Source: Candidatus Nomurabacteria bacterium RIFOXYB1_FULL_39_16
GTDB lineage: Bacteria; Patescibacteriota; Minisyncoccia; Phycocordibacterales; UBA9973
DNA length: 63,060 nucleotides
NCBI GenBank assembly: GCA_001787205.1
Contig: MFWB01000007.1
Location: 1 to 63,060 of the forward strand
Direction of reading: 5' to 3'
The position numbers and the translations under genes are program-made. Positions 1-9,713 of the stretch are shown in pieces. Position 1 is the first letter of the stretch. Every line of letters starts with the position of its first letter. A model generated the notes under the pieces. It saw nothing but the letters and a program-made list of their open reading frames with translations, searched no databases and was not told the origin of the DNA.

Positions 1-422
1 TGGAAAAGTAATTTTTCGGATTTAATGGAAGATGAAACATTAGAAAAATTTTTCGGAGAAGTTATTTTTATTTTTGCCAGGTTATCATATCCTTCTAAGA
101 AAACATTCGGAATCAGGGAAGCTATAGTGTTGTTTTTATTCTGAGCGAAATATTTGTTGGTGTCAAAAATCGTTTCCAAAAGTTCTTTTGGGAAAATTGA
201 ATTTCCCTTGTTCTCAATCACCTTTTTTAAATTAAAATTCATTCCCTTCACATTGCTTTTTTTGTCCTTCAATTCTTCCACTGAAGTTACTAGAGCCAAG
301 ACTTTTTTGCTTTTAATGGAGACGGTAACGATGTTTCCGACGGCTACTTCCAAGCTGGTAAAATAGGTCAAATCGCCCTTCGGGATGCCTTTTTTGAATG
401 GTATGACGGATATTATTTTCAT
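1..422 (-). CDS. priA: Primosomal protein N' (PriA), N-terminal part; the gene runs off the left edge of the window
   Basis: My own minus-strand translation from the ATG at 422-420 stays open to position 1 (MKIISVIPFKKGIPKGDLTYFTSLEVAVGNIVTVSIKSKKVLALV...). This fits the PriA N-terminal pattern. It is absent from the ORF track because it is edge-truncated. Confidence 0.55.
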   Translation of the reverse strand, partial: MKIISVIPFKKGIPKGDLTYFTSLEVAVGNIVTVSIKSKKVLALVTSVEELKDKKSNVKGMNFNLKKVIENKGNSIFPKELLETIFDTNKYFAQNKNNTIASLIPNVFLEGYDNLAKIKITSPKNFSNVSSSIKSEKLLF

Positions 423-468
423 AATTTTACCATTTCATTCTAGCATAAATATGTGTTATTATGGCTTT

Positions 469-1482
469 ATGGGATTTTTTTCACGCAAACTTGGGATAGA
501 TTTGGGCACTGCCAACACCTTGGTATTTATGCCGGGCAAGGGAGTGGTTTTAAATGAACCCTCAGTAGTCGCGGTTTCTGAACAAGATAATAAAATTTTA
601 GCTATTGGCGCCGAAGCCAAGGATATGATAGGCAAAACTCCTGATAATATTATCACTTACTGTCCGATGAAAGATGGAGTTATCGCTGACTATCGAGTCA
701 CTGAGGCGATGCTACGTTATTTTATTGGTAAAGCGATGGGGAAGTTCAGTTTTTTCAAACCAGATGTGATGGTGTCTGTGCCGGCGGGAGTTACTTCTAC
801 GGAAAGAAGAGCGGTGGTGGAAGCCGCTATTCGCGCGGGTGCCAGAAATGCGTATGTGGTCAAGGAACCCATCTTAGCCGCTATTGGCGCGGGTATCCCC
901 ATCTATGAATCCAAGGGTTATATGGTTGTTGACATCGGAGGAGGTACGACTGACGTAGCGGTCATTTCTCTCGGAGGAATTGTCTCTTCCACTTCAGTCA
1001 AATGCGCCGGAAACAAGATAGATGCCGCCATTGCGGACTACATCAAAAAAACTTTCAACCTGGCCATCGGCGACAGAACAGCCGAAGAGGTTAAAATTAA
1101 AATAGGCGCAGCGGTGCAATTGGAAGAAGAACTGCGTGTGACTATTAAGGGTAGAGATTTCATCCAAGGACTGCCGAGGTCTGCTCAAGTGGGTACCAAC
1201 GAAATAGTGAAAGCCATAGACTCGGAGTTGCGACAAATTATAAAAGCAATTAAAGATGTCTTGTCAGAGACTCCTCCCGAGCTTGCATCCGATATTATTG
1301 ACCACGGCATAATAATGACTGGTGGTTCATCTCAACTCAGGAATTTGACTGATTTGGTCTATAGGAAAACGGGCGTCAAGGCTACCTTAGCCGACGATTC
1401 TCTGTTCTGTGTGGCGAACGGCACAGGTATAGCCCTGGAACACTTGGATGTCTATAAAAAAGCGGTTTTGAGTAAAAAATAA
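469..1482 (+). CDS. mreB: Actin-like rod-shape protein MreB
   Basis: ORF 385..1482 trimmed to the in-frame ATG at 469 (MGFFSRKLGIDLGTANTLV), because the upstream part overlaps the priA start. Actin-fold motifs GIDLGTANT, DIGGGTTDVAVIS and MTGGSSQL are present. Confidence 0.9.
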   Translation: MGFFSRKLGIDLGTANTLVFMPGKGVVLNEPSVVAVSEQDNKILAIGAEAKDMIGKTPDNIITYCPMKDGVIADYRVTEAMLRYFIGKAMGKFSFFKPDVMVSVPAGVTSTERRAVVEAAIRAGARNAYVVKEPILAAIGAGIPIYESKGYMVVDIGGGTTDVAVISLGGIVSSTSVKCAGNKIDAAIADYIKKTFNLAIGDRTAEEVKIKIGAAVQLEEELRVTIKGRDFIQGLPRSAQVGTNEIVKAIDSELRQIIKAIKDVLSETPPELASDIIDHGIIMTGGSSQLRNLTDLVYRKTGVKATLADDSLFCVANGTGIALEHLDVYKKAVLSKK

Positions 1483-1490
1483 AAATAGAT

Positions 1491-2198
1491 ATGGGTATTT
1501 TAGAACATTTAGATAAAAATAATTTACACCATGCTTATCTCATAGAAGGCGCGAGGGATGAAATTGTTCCCGAGGTGTTGGCTTTTTGCGAAGATATAAA
1601 TATTAAGACTTCGGGTAATCCAGATTTCTGTCACATATCAATTGATAATTTTAAAATTGATGAAGCTTTTGACTTGCGCGCGATGTCTACGAATAAAAGT
1701 TTTTCTTCCGAAAAAAGAATTTTTTTAATATGCGCGAATAGTTTTTCTCTTGATGCAGAAAATGTCTTGCTGAAAATGTTTGAAGAACCTGTGCCGGACA
1801 CACATTTTTTCTTGATAGTGCCGGACGCAAACGCTCTTTTGAAAACACTAGTCTCCCGTTTCTATCTCATTTCCCCGACACCTGGTGTCGGGGTGGGGAT
1901 AACTGAAGCGGAGAAATTTATTGCAATGCCACTGCGAGATAGAATTGATTTTATAAAAGAATTACTGACAGAAATAGAAGAAGAAGATGAAGAAGGGAAT
2001 GAAATTGTGGCGCAGGACTCTACTCGTTCTAAGGCTATTAAGTTTCTAAATACGCTTGAATCTGTTCTTCATAACAATTTTCTAAAAAATAAAGATTGTT
2101 TTGAGCATATTTTTAAAGTTCGGGAATTTCTCCGTATGCCTGGGAGCTCCACCAAGTCCCTAATGGAGTCCGTGGCGTTAGTTATACCCAGTTTTTAA
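1491..2198 (+). CDS. holB: DNA polymerase III delta'-like clamp-loader subunit
   Basis: HAYLIEG..., NVLLKMFEEPVPDTHFFLIV and LLKTLVSRF match the delta' (AAA+-like, degenerate P-loop) pattern. Confidence 0.65.
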   Translation: MGILEHLDKNNLHHAYLIEGARDEIVPEVLAFCEDINIKTSGNPDFCHISIDNFKIDEAFDLRAMSTNKSFSSEKRIFLICANSFSLDAENVLLKMFEEPVPDTHFFLIVPDANALLKTLVSRFYLISPTPGVGVGITEAEKFIAMPLRDRIDFIKELLTEIEEEDEEGNEIVAQDSTRSKAIKFLNTLESVLHNNFLKNKDCFEHIFKVREFLRMPGSSTKSLMESVALVIPSF

Positions 2199-2230
2199 TT
2201 TTTATAATAGAGTGTTATAATGATAATTAT

Positions 2231-2782
2231 ATGCAATACAATTTTTCAAATTTCAAATCAGAAATTAAAAAGGTAGAGGAGTTTTTAAGCAAAGAATACA
2301 GCCAACTCAATATCGGAAGAGCTTCACCGATGGTGTTAGACGGCATAAATGTGGAATCCTATGGCTCTTTTGTTCCGCTCAAGAACGTCGCTTCTGTTTC
2401 TATTGAAGATCCGAAGACACTACGTATTGCTCCTTGGGACAAGACTCAGATAAAAGGCATAGAAAAAGCGATTGTCGGATCAAATTTGGGGCTTTCTGTC
2501 GCGACTGATGATCAGGGCATAAGGGTGATTTTCCCCCAGCTCACCACCGAGACGAGGCAGACCCTCGTCAGAGTATTGAAAGAAAAGTTGGAAGAAAGCA
2601 GGATATCCGTCCGCCGAGAACGTGAAGCAGTAATGGAAGACATTGAGGCGAAAGAGAAAGAAGGCAAGATGACGGAAGACGATAGATTTAGGGCTAAAGA
2701 AGAATTGCAGAAAATTATTAACGAAACTAACAACAACCTGGAAGCGATTTTTGAGAAAAAAGAGCATGAGGTGATGGGATAA
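2231..2782 (+). CDS. frr: Ribosome recycling factor
   Basis: 183 aa, of typical RRF length. Motifs RASPMVLDGINVESYG, RIAPWD and ISVRREREAVMEDIE. Confidence 0.9.
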   Translation: MQYNFSNFKSEIKKVEEFLSKEYSQLNIGRASPMVLDGINVESYGSFVPLKNVASVSIEDPKTLRIAPWDKTQIKGIEKAIVGSNLGLSVATDDQGIRVIFPQLTTETRQTLVRVLKEKLEESRISVRREREAVMEDIEAKEKEGKMTEDDRFRAKEELQKIINETNNNLEAIFEKKEHEVMG

Positions 2783-2785
2783 TTT

Positions 2786-3919
2786 ATGAGCATTGTAATA
2801 TTTATAGTGATTCTACTGGTTTTAGTTTTAGTCCACGAATTCGGACATTTTTTTACCGCGAAAAGATTCGGCATCAGAGTGGATGAATTTGGTTTCGGTT
2901 TTCCTCCGAAATTGTTTGGTAAAAAATTCGGAGAGACCGAATACACCTTCAACCTTCTACCACTCGGCGGATTTGTGAAAATTTATGGAGAGAATTTTGA
3001 AGAAGCTGATTTTGTGGAAGTTGGATTCTTGGACAAAGACAAAACTCCAGCGCCAGATTTATCTCGCAGTTTTGTTCATCAGAAAAAATGGAAACAAGCG
3101 CTGGTGCTTTTCGCCGGGGTTTTCGCCAATTTCCTTTTGGCTTGGCTTTTGTTTTCTGTCGGCTTTATGTCCGGATTTCCTACCTCTGTCGGCAGTGAAA
3201 AAATGGGTTATGAGCTTTCTGATGTGAACCTGGTAGTAGTTTCTGTTCTAGAAAATTCTCCGGCTTATGACGCGGGGTTGAAAGTCGGCGATAAGATAGT
3301 GTCTATAGAAAGCGGGAAGGAAATGGTTCCCGAAATTAATCCTGAAACCTTGAAATCATTCGTGGTATCTCATCCTGATAAAGAAATTAAATTCGGCTAT
3401 CTACGAGGCAAGAGTGAAGAAGTAAACTTTACCAGTCTTACCCCGATAGCAAAAACCGCCCTAGACAAGCCTTCTATGGGCATTTCAATGGACCAGATTG
3501 GAGTGGCTAAATTGCCCTTCTTTTCGGCTCTTTGGGAGGGTCTGCGCTTGGATTGGCTTATGACTAAAGGTACTGCTGTAGGGCTTTATACGCTTATTTC
3601 GGAGGGTATACAGGGGAAAGGTAGCTTCGCTGGGGTCACCGGACCCGTAGGAATGGTGGGAATCGTAGGAAACGCCTATGAATTCGGCTTCGTCTATCTC
3701 TTGTCATTTGCCGCCCTTATCTCTATAAATTTGGCGATTATCAATCTGCTTCCGTTTCCGGCGCTAGACGGCGGACGGCTATTCTTCTTGTTGATTGAAA
3801 AAATAAAAGGTTCACCAATGAATCCCAAATTTGCCAATATGGCCAATATGATTGGTTTCAGTATCCTCATTCTGTTGATGCTTGTCATTACCTATCATGA
3901 TGTAATTAAGTTGTTCTAA
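2786..3919 (+). CDS. rseP: RIP metalloprotease RseP (M50 site-2 protease)
   Basis: HEFGHF zinc motif in TM1, a central PDZ-like segment, and NLLPFPALDGG near the C-terminus. Confidence 0.85.
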   Translation: MSIVIFIVILLVLVLVHEFGHFFTAKRFGIRVDEFGFGFPPKLFGKKFGETEYTFNLLPLGGFVKIYGENFEEADFVEVGFLDKDKTPAPDLSRSFVHQKKWKQALVLFAGVFANFLLAWLLFSVGFMSGFPTSVGSEKMGYELSDVNLVVVSVLENSPAYDAGLKVGDKIVSIESGKEMVPEINPETLKSFVVSHPDKEIKFGYLRGKSEEVNFTSLTPIAKTALDKPSMGISMDQIGVAKLPFFSALWEGLRLDWLMTKGTAVGLYTLISEGIQGKGSFAGVTGPVGMVGIVGNAYEFGFVYLLSFAALISINLAIINLLPFPALDGGRLFFLLIEKIKGSPMNPKFANMANMIGFSILILLMLVITYHDVIKLF

Positions 3920-3924
3920 AACAT

Positions 3925-5670
3925 GTGAGTTTAAAGAAGGAAATGAAAGAAGAAATAAAAAATTGTCAGAACTGTAAAAAAGATTTCACTATTGAACCCG
4001 ATGACTTTGGATTTTACGAAAAAATAAAAGTCCCTCTACCAACTTGGTGTCCTGATTGTCGCCTACAGAGACGTTTAGCTTTTCGCAATGAAAGAACTTT
4101 TTATAAGCGACCTTGTGATCTTTGTGGAGCAGATACTCTTTCTAGATTTGATCCTGATAGGGGTATCGTAAATTATTGTGGAGAATGCTGGTGGAGCGAT
4201 AACTGGGATACAACAAGTTACGGACAGGACTATGATTTTTCTCGGCCATTTTTCGAACAGTTTAAGGAACTATTAAAAAAAGTCCCACAGCAAAATCTAA
4301 TAACGATGTACAAAACTCTGACTAATAGTAGTTTTGTTAATATGAATCATTATCTAAAAGATTGCTACTATCTTTTTAATTCTGATTACAACGAAAAATG
4401 TATGTATGGTGAAGAATTAGAACATTGTATGAATTGCGTAGATTTAACAATGGCTGAAGGCACAGAGCTTGCTTATGAATCTGTAAATTGCAATAAGTGT
4501 TATGAAATATATTATTCTGTAGACTGTGAAAGTTCACACGATATTTGGTTTTCAAAAAATTTAGTTGGATGCTCAAACTGTTTTGGTTGTATTAATTTAC
4601 GAAGTCAACAATATTGTATTTTTAATGAAAAATATACAAGAGAAGATTACCTCAAGAAATTAGAAGAATTTGACTTAAATTTATATTCTTTTGTTAAAGA
4701 AATCAAAAAACAGTCTCATGAATTTTGGCTGAAAAGCCCTAATAAATATATGCATGGAATTCAGAATCTTGATTCTAACGGAGACTATATTTACCACTCC
4801 AAATATGTAAAAAATTCCTACGTTGTTGAGGGGGGAGAATATTGTAAATATTGCATGTGGTTGATCGTTAAAAATAATAAAGAATGTTATGACTTAACTC
4901 AATTTGGGCAGAATACCGAACTGGTTTATGAATCTCTTTGCTCTGGGAAAGATATCAACAGAATTATTGGAGGAATAAATTCCGTAGAAGGCAGGGATTT
5001 AACATATGCAGTTTACTGCTACAACAATAATAGTAATTTATTTGGTTGTGTCAGTATGAAAAATAAAAGTTATTGTATTTTAAATAAAGAATATACAAAA
5101 GAGGAATATGAAGAACTGGTGCCAAAAATCATCAAGCACATGAGTGACATGCCTTATGTTGATAAAAAGGGGCGCACTTATGTTTACGGAGATTTTTTCC
5201 CTACCGAAATTGCACAATTTAATTATAATGAAACATCAGCTCAAGAATTTTTTCCATTAACAAAAGAAGAAGCGAAGGAAAAAGGCTATTCGTGGAAAGA
5301 ACCCAAAGAAAGAAATTATAAAATTAGTATTAAGCCAGAAGATTTACCGGACAATATCAAGGATACACAAGATAATATAATATCTCAAATAATTGGTTGT
5401 GAGCATGAAGGGCTGTGTAAAGAACAGTGTACAACTGCTTTTAAGATTACAGAATCTGAATTTCAATTCTATAAATTAAAAAATTTACCACTCCCGCGCT
5501 TGTGTCCAAATTGTAGGCACTATCAAAGAGTTTTACAAAGAAATCCAAATAAACTTTGGCACCGTAAATGTATGAAAGAAGGTTGTGGTAACGAATTTGA
5601 AACCTCTTACGCTCCCGACAGTCCGGGGATTATTTACTGTGAAGACTGTTATAAACAGGAAGTATATTAA
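3925..5670 (+). CDS. Cysteine-rich zinc-ribbon protein of unknown function
   Basis: 581-aa ORF with many CxxC pairs. The N- and C-terminal modules are similar to each other (F.I...DF.FY.K...PLP..CP.CR). Confidence 0.5.
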   Translation: MSLKKEMKEEIKNCQNCKKDFTIEPDDFGFYEKIKVPLPTWCPDCRLQRRLAFRNERTFYKRPCDLCGADTLSRFDPDRGIVNYCGECWWSDNWDTTSYGQDYDFSRPFFEQFKELLKKVPQQNLITMYKTLTNSSFVNMNHYLKDCYYLFNSDYNEKCMYGEELEHCMNCVDLTMAEGTELAYESVNCNKCYEIYYSVDCESSHDIWFSKNLVGCSNCFGCINLRSQQYCIFNEKYTREDYLKKLEEFDLNLYSFVKEIKKQSHEFWLKSPNKYMHGIQNLDSNGDYIYHSKYVKNSYVVEGGEYCKYCMWLIVKNNKECYDLTQFGQNTELVYESLCSGKDINRIIGGINSVEGRDLTYAVYCYNNNSNLFGCVSMKNKSYCILNKEYTKEEYEELVPKIIKHMSDMPYVDKKGRTYVYGDFFPTEIAQFNYNETSAQEFFPLTKEEAKEKGYSWKEPKERNYKISIKPEDLPDNIKDTQDNIISQIIGCEHEGLCKEQCTTAFKITESEFQFYKLKNLPLPRLCPNCRHYQRVLQRNPNKLWHRKCMKEGCGNEFETSYAPDSPGIIYCEDCYKQEVY

Positions 5671-5738
5671 TTTCCCCTATCCCGGGAGTAGGGGTGGGGA
5701 TAACTTTTACATTGTTTTAAAAATGTTATACTCAAAAA

Positions 5739-6833
5739 ATGCCAAATAAGAAGATAAAAATCGGGGTTTTGTTTGGGGGGAAGTCGGCGGAACATGAGGT
5801 GTCTTTGCAATCTGCACGGAATGTTATTGATGCGTTGAATAAGGATAAATATGAAGTTATTCCCATTGGGATAGATAAAAATGGCAAGTGGCAGCTAAAT
5901 ACAACCGCTAACTATTTATTGAACACCAATAATCCCAAACTAATCAAATTAAATAAATCGAACAAAGAAGTTTCTCTCTACGCACAGGGTCAAGGGGCTC
6001 TTACTTCTATAAATAACAGCTCTCAGATGAAAGGAAAGATTGATGTGATTTTTCCAGTAATGCATGGGCCATTTGGTGAAGATGGCAGTATGCAGGGATT
6101 ACTAAAGCTCGCGGGGGTGCCCTTTGTTGGCCCAGGAGTGCTTGGTTCAGCTATTGGAATGGATAAAGACGTGATGAAGAGACTTTTGAGGGATGCGGGT
6201 ATCCCTATTGGTAAATTTATAGCTCTAAAAGAGGGTGGTGAAATTAATTTCAATAAAATAAAAAAAGCCTTAGGTCTACCGATGTTCATCAAGCCTGCAA
6301 ATATGGGTTCATCTGTGGGTATAAGCAAAGTACGAAATGAAAAAGAATTTAAGAAGGGGATTAATGAAGCTTTTAAATTTGATAGGAAAATAATTATTGA
6401 AGAATTTATACAAGGGCGGGAGATAGAATGCGCGCTCCTCGGCAACGATATGCCTATGGCGTCCGTGCCAGGAGAAATTATTGCCAACCAAGACTTTTAT
6501 TCTTATGATGCGAAATACATAGACGCCGGCTCCAAGTCAGTCATTCCTGCGCCTATTGATAAAAAAACAACTAAAAAAATTCAAGAACTGGCTATTAAAA
6601 CTTTTCAAGTATTAAATTGTGAAGGAATGAGCCGGGTAGACTTCTTCTTGAAAAAGAACGGTACTGTTTTAGTAAATGAGATAAATACCATTCCCGGATT
6701 TACCAATATCAGTATGTATCCGAAATTGTGGGAGGCGAGTGGTATCCCGGTATCCAAGCTCTTAGATAGGCTGATAGAACTTGCCTTGGAAAGATTTGAA
6801 AAGGAGAAAAAGCTTAAAACCACGGTCGCTTAA
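5739..6833 (+). CDS. ddl: D-alanine--D-alanine ligase
   Basis: GGKSAEHEVSLQSA, the ATP-grasp segment, and SRVDFFLKKNGTVLVNEINTIPGFT. Confidence 0.9.
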   Translation: MPNKKIKIGVLFGGKSAEHEVSLQSARNVIDALNKDKYEVIPIGIDKNGKWQLNTTANYLLNTNNPKLIKLNKSNKEVSLYAQGQGALTSINNSSQMKGKIDVIFPVMHGPFGEDGSMQGLLKLAGVPFVGPGVLGSAIGMDKDVMKRLLRDAGIPIGKFIALKEGGEINFNKIKKALGLPMFIKPANMGSSVGISKVRNEKEFKKGINEAFKFDRKIIIEEFIQGREIECALLGNDMPMASVPGEIIANQDFYSYDAKYIDAGSKSVIPAPIDKKTTKKIQELAIKTFQVLNCEGMSRVDFFLKKNGTVLVNEINTIPGFTNISMYPKLWEASGIPVSKLLDRLIELALERFEKEKKLKTTVA

Positions 6834-6886
6834 GATTTAAGGTTTATTTACTTGCCTTTTTAAGCTTTTTATACTAATCTATACAT

Positions 6887-7045
6887 ATGTCACAAGATAG
6901 ACTTATAAAACTTGGTTGCGCGACCTGCAAACGTATAAATTACTGGTCCAGTAAGAATAAAAAACTCGTCACTAAAAAGATTGAGCTCAAAAAGTACTGC
7001 AAATGGTGCCGAAAGCAGACCAAGCACAAGGAGGTCAAAAAATAG
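6887..7045 (+). CDS. rpmG: 50S ribosomal protein L33
   Basis: 52-aa ORF below the track cutoff, from my own translation: MSQDRLIKLGCATCKRINYWSSKNKKLVTKKIELKKYCKWCRKQTKHKEVKK. It has the L33 CxxC...CxxC zinc-ribbon pattern. Confidence 0.8.
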   Translation: MSQDRLIKLGCATCKRINYWSSKNKKLVTKKIELKKYCKWCRKQTKHKEVKK

Positions 7046-7115
7046 ATTTCAGATAGATTTTTTGGTTATTTATGATACAATTAAAGCGACCCTAAAAGGG
7101 TTGTTTTGGTTTTTG

Positions 7116-7186
7116 GGGCCTATAGTTCAGCGGTAGAATATCTCTCTCCAAAAGAGCAGACCGAGGTTCGAGTCCTCGTGGGCCCG
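7116..7186 (+). tRNA. tRNA-Trp (anticodon CCA)
   Basis: Hand-folded cloverleaf: acceptor GGGCCTA/TGGGCCC, anticodon loop CTCCAAA, T arm CGAGG-TTCGAGT-CCTCG, discriminator G. No CCA is encoded. Confidence 0.85.
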
Positions 7187-7194
7187 CAAATTTT

Positions 7195-7863
7195 ATGCAA
7201 AAGAATTATAAATATTTGGGCGCGATAAGTGTATTTTTTGTTTCAGTTTTATTAATTTCCAATGTCGCATCTACAAAAATTGTGGATTTGAAATGGTTCA
7301 CTTTTGACGGAGGGACTTTGCTTTTTCCGCTTTCTTATATTTTCGGAGACATTTTAACGGAAGTTTATGGATATAAGAAATCTAGAGGCGTCATCTGGCT
7401 CGGATTTTTTATGGCATTACTTATGTCTATTGTATTCATCATCGTAGGCAAGCTTCCGGCGGCCGTTGACTGGAACAATCAAGCAGCTTATGACGCTATT
7501 CTAGGATTAACACCAAGAATTGTAGGGGCTAGTCTGATTGCTTATTTCTTTGGAGAATTTTCTAATTCTTTTGTCTTAGCAAAGATGAAAATCTTAACAA
7601 AAGGTAAGTGGCTCTGGACTAGAACCATAGGCTCAACCCTTGTGGGTGAGCTTGTAGATAGCACTCTTTTTATTCTGATAGCTTTTGTGGGTGTTTTACC
7701 AAATTCACTATTAGTGACACTAATAATTTCAAACTATATTTTTAAAACAGGCATAGAAATATTATTCACTCCGGCAACATACCGAGTTGTGAAATTCTTA
7801 AAAACAAAAGAAGGGGAGGACTACTACGACAGAGACACGAACTTCAATCCGTTTATAAAGTAA
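7195..7863 (+). CDS. Queuosine-precursor transporter (YhhQ/DUF165, VUT family)
   Basis: Polytopic membrane protein. LFPLSYIFGDILTEVYGY and the overall layout match the YhhQ family. Confidence 0.7.
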   Translation: MQKNYKYLGAISVFFVSVLLISNVASTKIVDLKWFTFDGGTLLFPLSYIFGDILTEVYGYKKSRGVIWLGFFMALLMSIVFIIVGKLPAAVDWNNQAAYDAILGLTPRIVGASLIAYFFGEFSNSFVLAKMKILTKGKWLWTRTIGSTLVGELVDSTLFILIAFVGVLPNSLLVTLIISNYIFKTGIEILFTPATYRVVKFLKTKEGEDYYDRDTNFNPFIK

Positions 7864-7864
7864 T

Positions 7865-8206
7865 TTAATTTTCTCTTTCAAATATTTGCAATACATAGCT
7901 CACGATTGCGAGCACAATACCGAACAAGAAAGCGTACCAGAAGCCGGCAACGGTGAAGCCTGGCACTATATAGCTCGCAAGCATTACGAGGAGCGCGTTG
8001 ATAACCAATACGAAAAGTCCAAGCGTAACAATAGAAAGAGGCAGGGTAAGCACCACGAGCACAGGGCGGATAAAAGTATTTATCACTCCTAAAATCACAG
8101 CGAGTACCAATGCTGCGAACAAACCGTCCACATATACTCCCGGCAAAACATAAGCGGTTATTAATATTGCTAAAGCCGAAACAATAAAATGTATTAATGT
8201 TTTCAT
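7865..8206 (-). CDS. DUF360 / phage-holin-4-2 family membrane protein (YvlD-like)
   Basis: 113 aa with 4 TM segments. GVINTFIRPVLVVLTLPLSIVTLGLFVLVINALL matches the family signature. Confidence 0.6.
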   Translation of the reverse strand: MKTLIHFIVSALAILITAYVLPGVYVDGLFAALVLAVILGVINTFIRPVLVVLTLPLSIVTLGLFVLVINALLVMLASYIVPGFTVAGFWYAFLFGIVLAIVSYVLQIFEREN

Positions 8207-8366
8207 GATCTTTTAATTATATCAAAATTTTTCAAAAATGAAACAACTTTGCCCCAGTGATGAAAATCAAGCTGGGGTTTGTGTGTGGACTATCGTGTCC
8301 GATATTAAATTGTCCCTTGCCCCCGTTCCGCTCTAGTTGGAACGGGGGCACCGCTAGTGGAGACCT

Positions 8367-8834
8367 CTACCCCTTGATCCTCTTGAGGAGAACGGATGAC
8401 TCACCATTCGTCCATTCTCCTAAGGTCAGGGCGTGGCAGTGGACGTGATGCGAATTATAACGCTCTACCACGAGTACGAACTCCACACCCTTGAAGAGGA
8501 ACCTTCCGAAGAAGATCTTGACCCTGCCGTTCGTTCCAGCCACTTGGAATGGAAGCTTGCTTCTTCTTCCAAGGAATGACAGCGCGGCACATATGTTGCC
8601 GATTTCGTTGAGACTCACCAGGGGCAAACCCATGACGCCGGCAGAGGGGTCGTCGATCCTGTACGCGCCGTACAGGATGTCCCTGTTGTCGTACGTACTG
8701 CCGATCGAGTAGATGAGGTTACGGAAGAGCTCACTGACGATCTGGGGATTCTTCCCTAGAAGATTTACCAGGTTGGTCCTCCCATGTCCGGCCGGGACAT
8801 GAAAGGTCTCCAGAAGAACGATGTTGAGGCTCAT
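8367..8834 (-). CDS. G+C-rich hypothetical protein; coding status uncertain
   Basis: 155-aa ORF co-oriented with miaA and the DUF360 gene. It lies in a segment visibly richer in G+C than its flanks. No family recognised. It contains HHVHCH and RYNSHH strings. Confidence 0.35.
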   Translation of the reverse strand: MSLNIVLLETFHVPAGHGRTNLVNLLGKNPQIVSELFRNLIYSIGSTYDNRDILYGAYRIDDPSAGVMGLPLVSLNEIGNICAALSFLGRRSKLPFQVAGTNGRVKIFFGRFLFKGVEFVLVVERYNSHHVHCHALTLGEWTNGESSVLLKRIKG

Positions 8835-8871
8835 TTCGAGTCTCCTTTCGTTCCCATTTATACATTAGATA

Positions 8872-9711
8872 CTATAAAAAATCAATTTTTAGTTTCTTTG
8901 ATGCATCCAGCCACTTGATTTCTTTATCTCTTTTAAACCAAGTCATCTGGCGTTTTGCATATTTGAGCGTTTCCGAGATAACTTTTTCTGGCGTAGGTTT
9001 AAAATATTCAAAGCCAAATTCTTTTAGTCTTTTATCAGAAATGCCCGCTTTCTTAAGTTTTTTGATTTCGTTTAGCAAACCTGCTTCAAACATATTTTTA
9101 ACTCTTATTTCTACTTTCTTTTTTAATTTATCTTCGGGTAAATATAAACCAATTTTTATAAATTTATACGGAGGAGTTTCCTCCATGATTTTTGGTACCT
9201 TGCCCAGGGCCTTGGCTATTTCTATGGCTCTGATTAACCTCACTTTGTTTTTAGCGTCAATATTTTTTGCGCGTGTTTTGTCTAACTCTCGGAGTATTTT
9301 TAAAAGTTCTATTTCTGATTTCTTTTCTAAAATTTTTCGAAGCTTTAAATTTGGTGGAACTTTTGGGAAGACGACACCTTTTGTAATTGCATCAATATAA
9401 AATCCAGTGCCTCCACAAATGATTGGAGTTTTACCTCTTTTTATAATCTCAGCCATGGCGTAGATTGCTAATTTCTGATATTCCGTAACTGTAAATTTAT
9501 GTTTAGGGTTTGCAATGTCAATTAAATGGTGGGGGACTCCACTCATTTCTTTTTGAGTAATTTTACCGGTACCAATATCAAGATTTCTATAAACTTGTCT
9601 AGAATCTGCAGAAATTATCTCTCCATTATTTTTTTTAGCCAACTTTACAGCCAAACCGCTTTTACCGGTCGCTGTTTGACCTAGAATTACTATAACTTTA
9701 GGTTTCTGCAT
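8872..9711 (-). CDS. miaA: tRNA dimethylallyltransferase
   Basis: P-loop GQTATGKS, ISADSRQVYRNLDIGTGK, and typical length. Confidence 0.9.
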   Translation of the reverse strand: MQKPKVIVILGQTATGKSGLAVKLAKKNNGEIISADSRQVYRNLDIGTGKITQKEMSGVPHHLIDIANPKHKFTVTEYQKLAIYAMAEIIKRGKTPIICGGTGFYIDAITKGVVFPKVPPNLKLRKILEKKSEIELLKILRELDKTRAKNIDAKNKVRLIRAIEIAKALGKVPKIMEETPPYKFIKIGLYLPEDKLKKKVEIRVKNMFEAGLLNEIKKLKKAGISDKRLKEFGFEYFKPTPEKVISETLKYAKRQMTWFKRDKEIKWLDASKKLKIDFL

Positions 9712-9713
9712 AA

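Noticed and set aside
154-366. 70-aa plus-strand ORF at the left edge
   Set aside because: It lies entirely antisense to a longer open frame with a PriA-like N-terminus (1..422, minus strand). It has a low-complexity, Phe/Leu-rich shadow composition.
385-468. N-terminal extensions of track ORFs (mreB 385, dprA to 17219, dus 19137, NUDIX 23563, CDF 46591, DsbA 57048, ORF 21478)
   Set aside because: The extensions overlap neighbouring genes or non-coding G+C-rich sequence. Internal ATGs give N-termini that match the family patterns.
2512-2952. Long antisense or alternative-frame ORFs inside confidently assigned genes (for example 2512..2952, 6023..6487, 11448..11906, 32317..32802, 40094..40627, 48164..48610, 51179..51772, 55263..55658)
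   Set aside because: Each is fully embedded in a gene with clear family motifs on the other strand or frame, and each has shadow-like composition. None has recognisable motifs.
8253-8278. Hammerhead-like GUGAUGA string inside the ccccag/ctgggg hairpin
   Set aside because: It has only a partial core resemblance (not CUGAUGA), and there is no matching GAAA/stem III arrangement.
8257-8712. Plus-strand ORFs 8257..8448 and 8491..8712
   Set aside because: They are short frames in a G+C-rich stretch where stop codons are rare on all frames. The co-oriented 155-aa minus-strand ORF or an RNA is more plausible.
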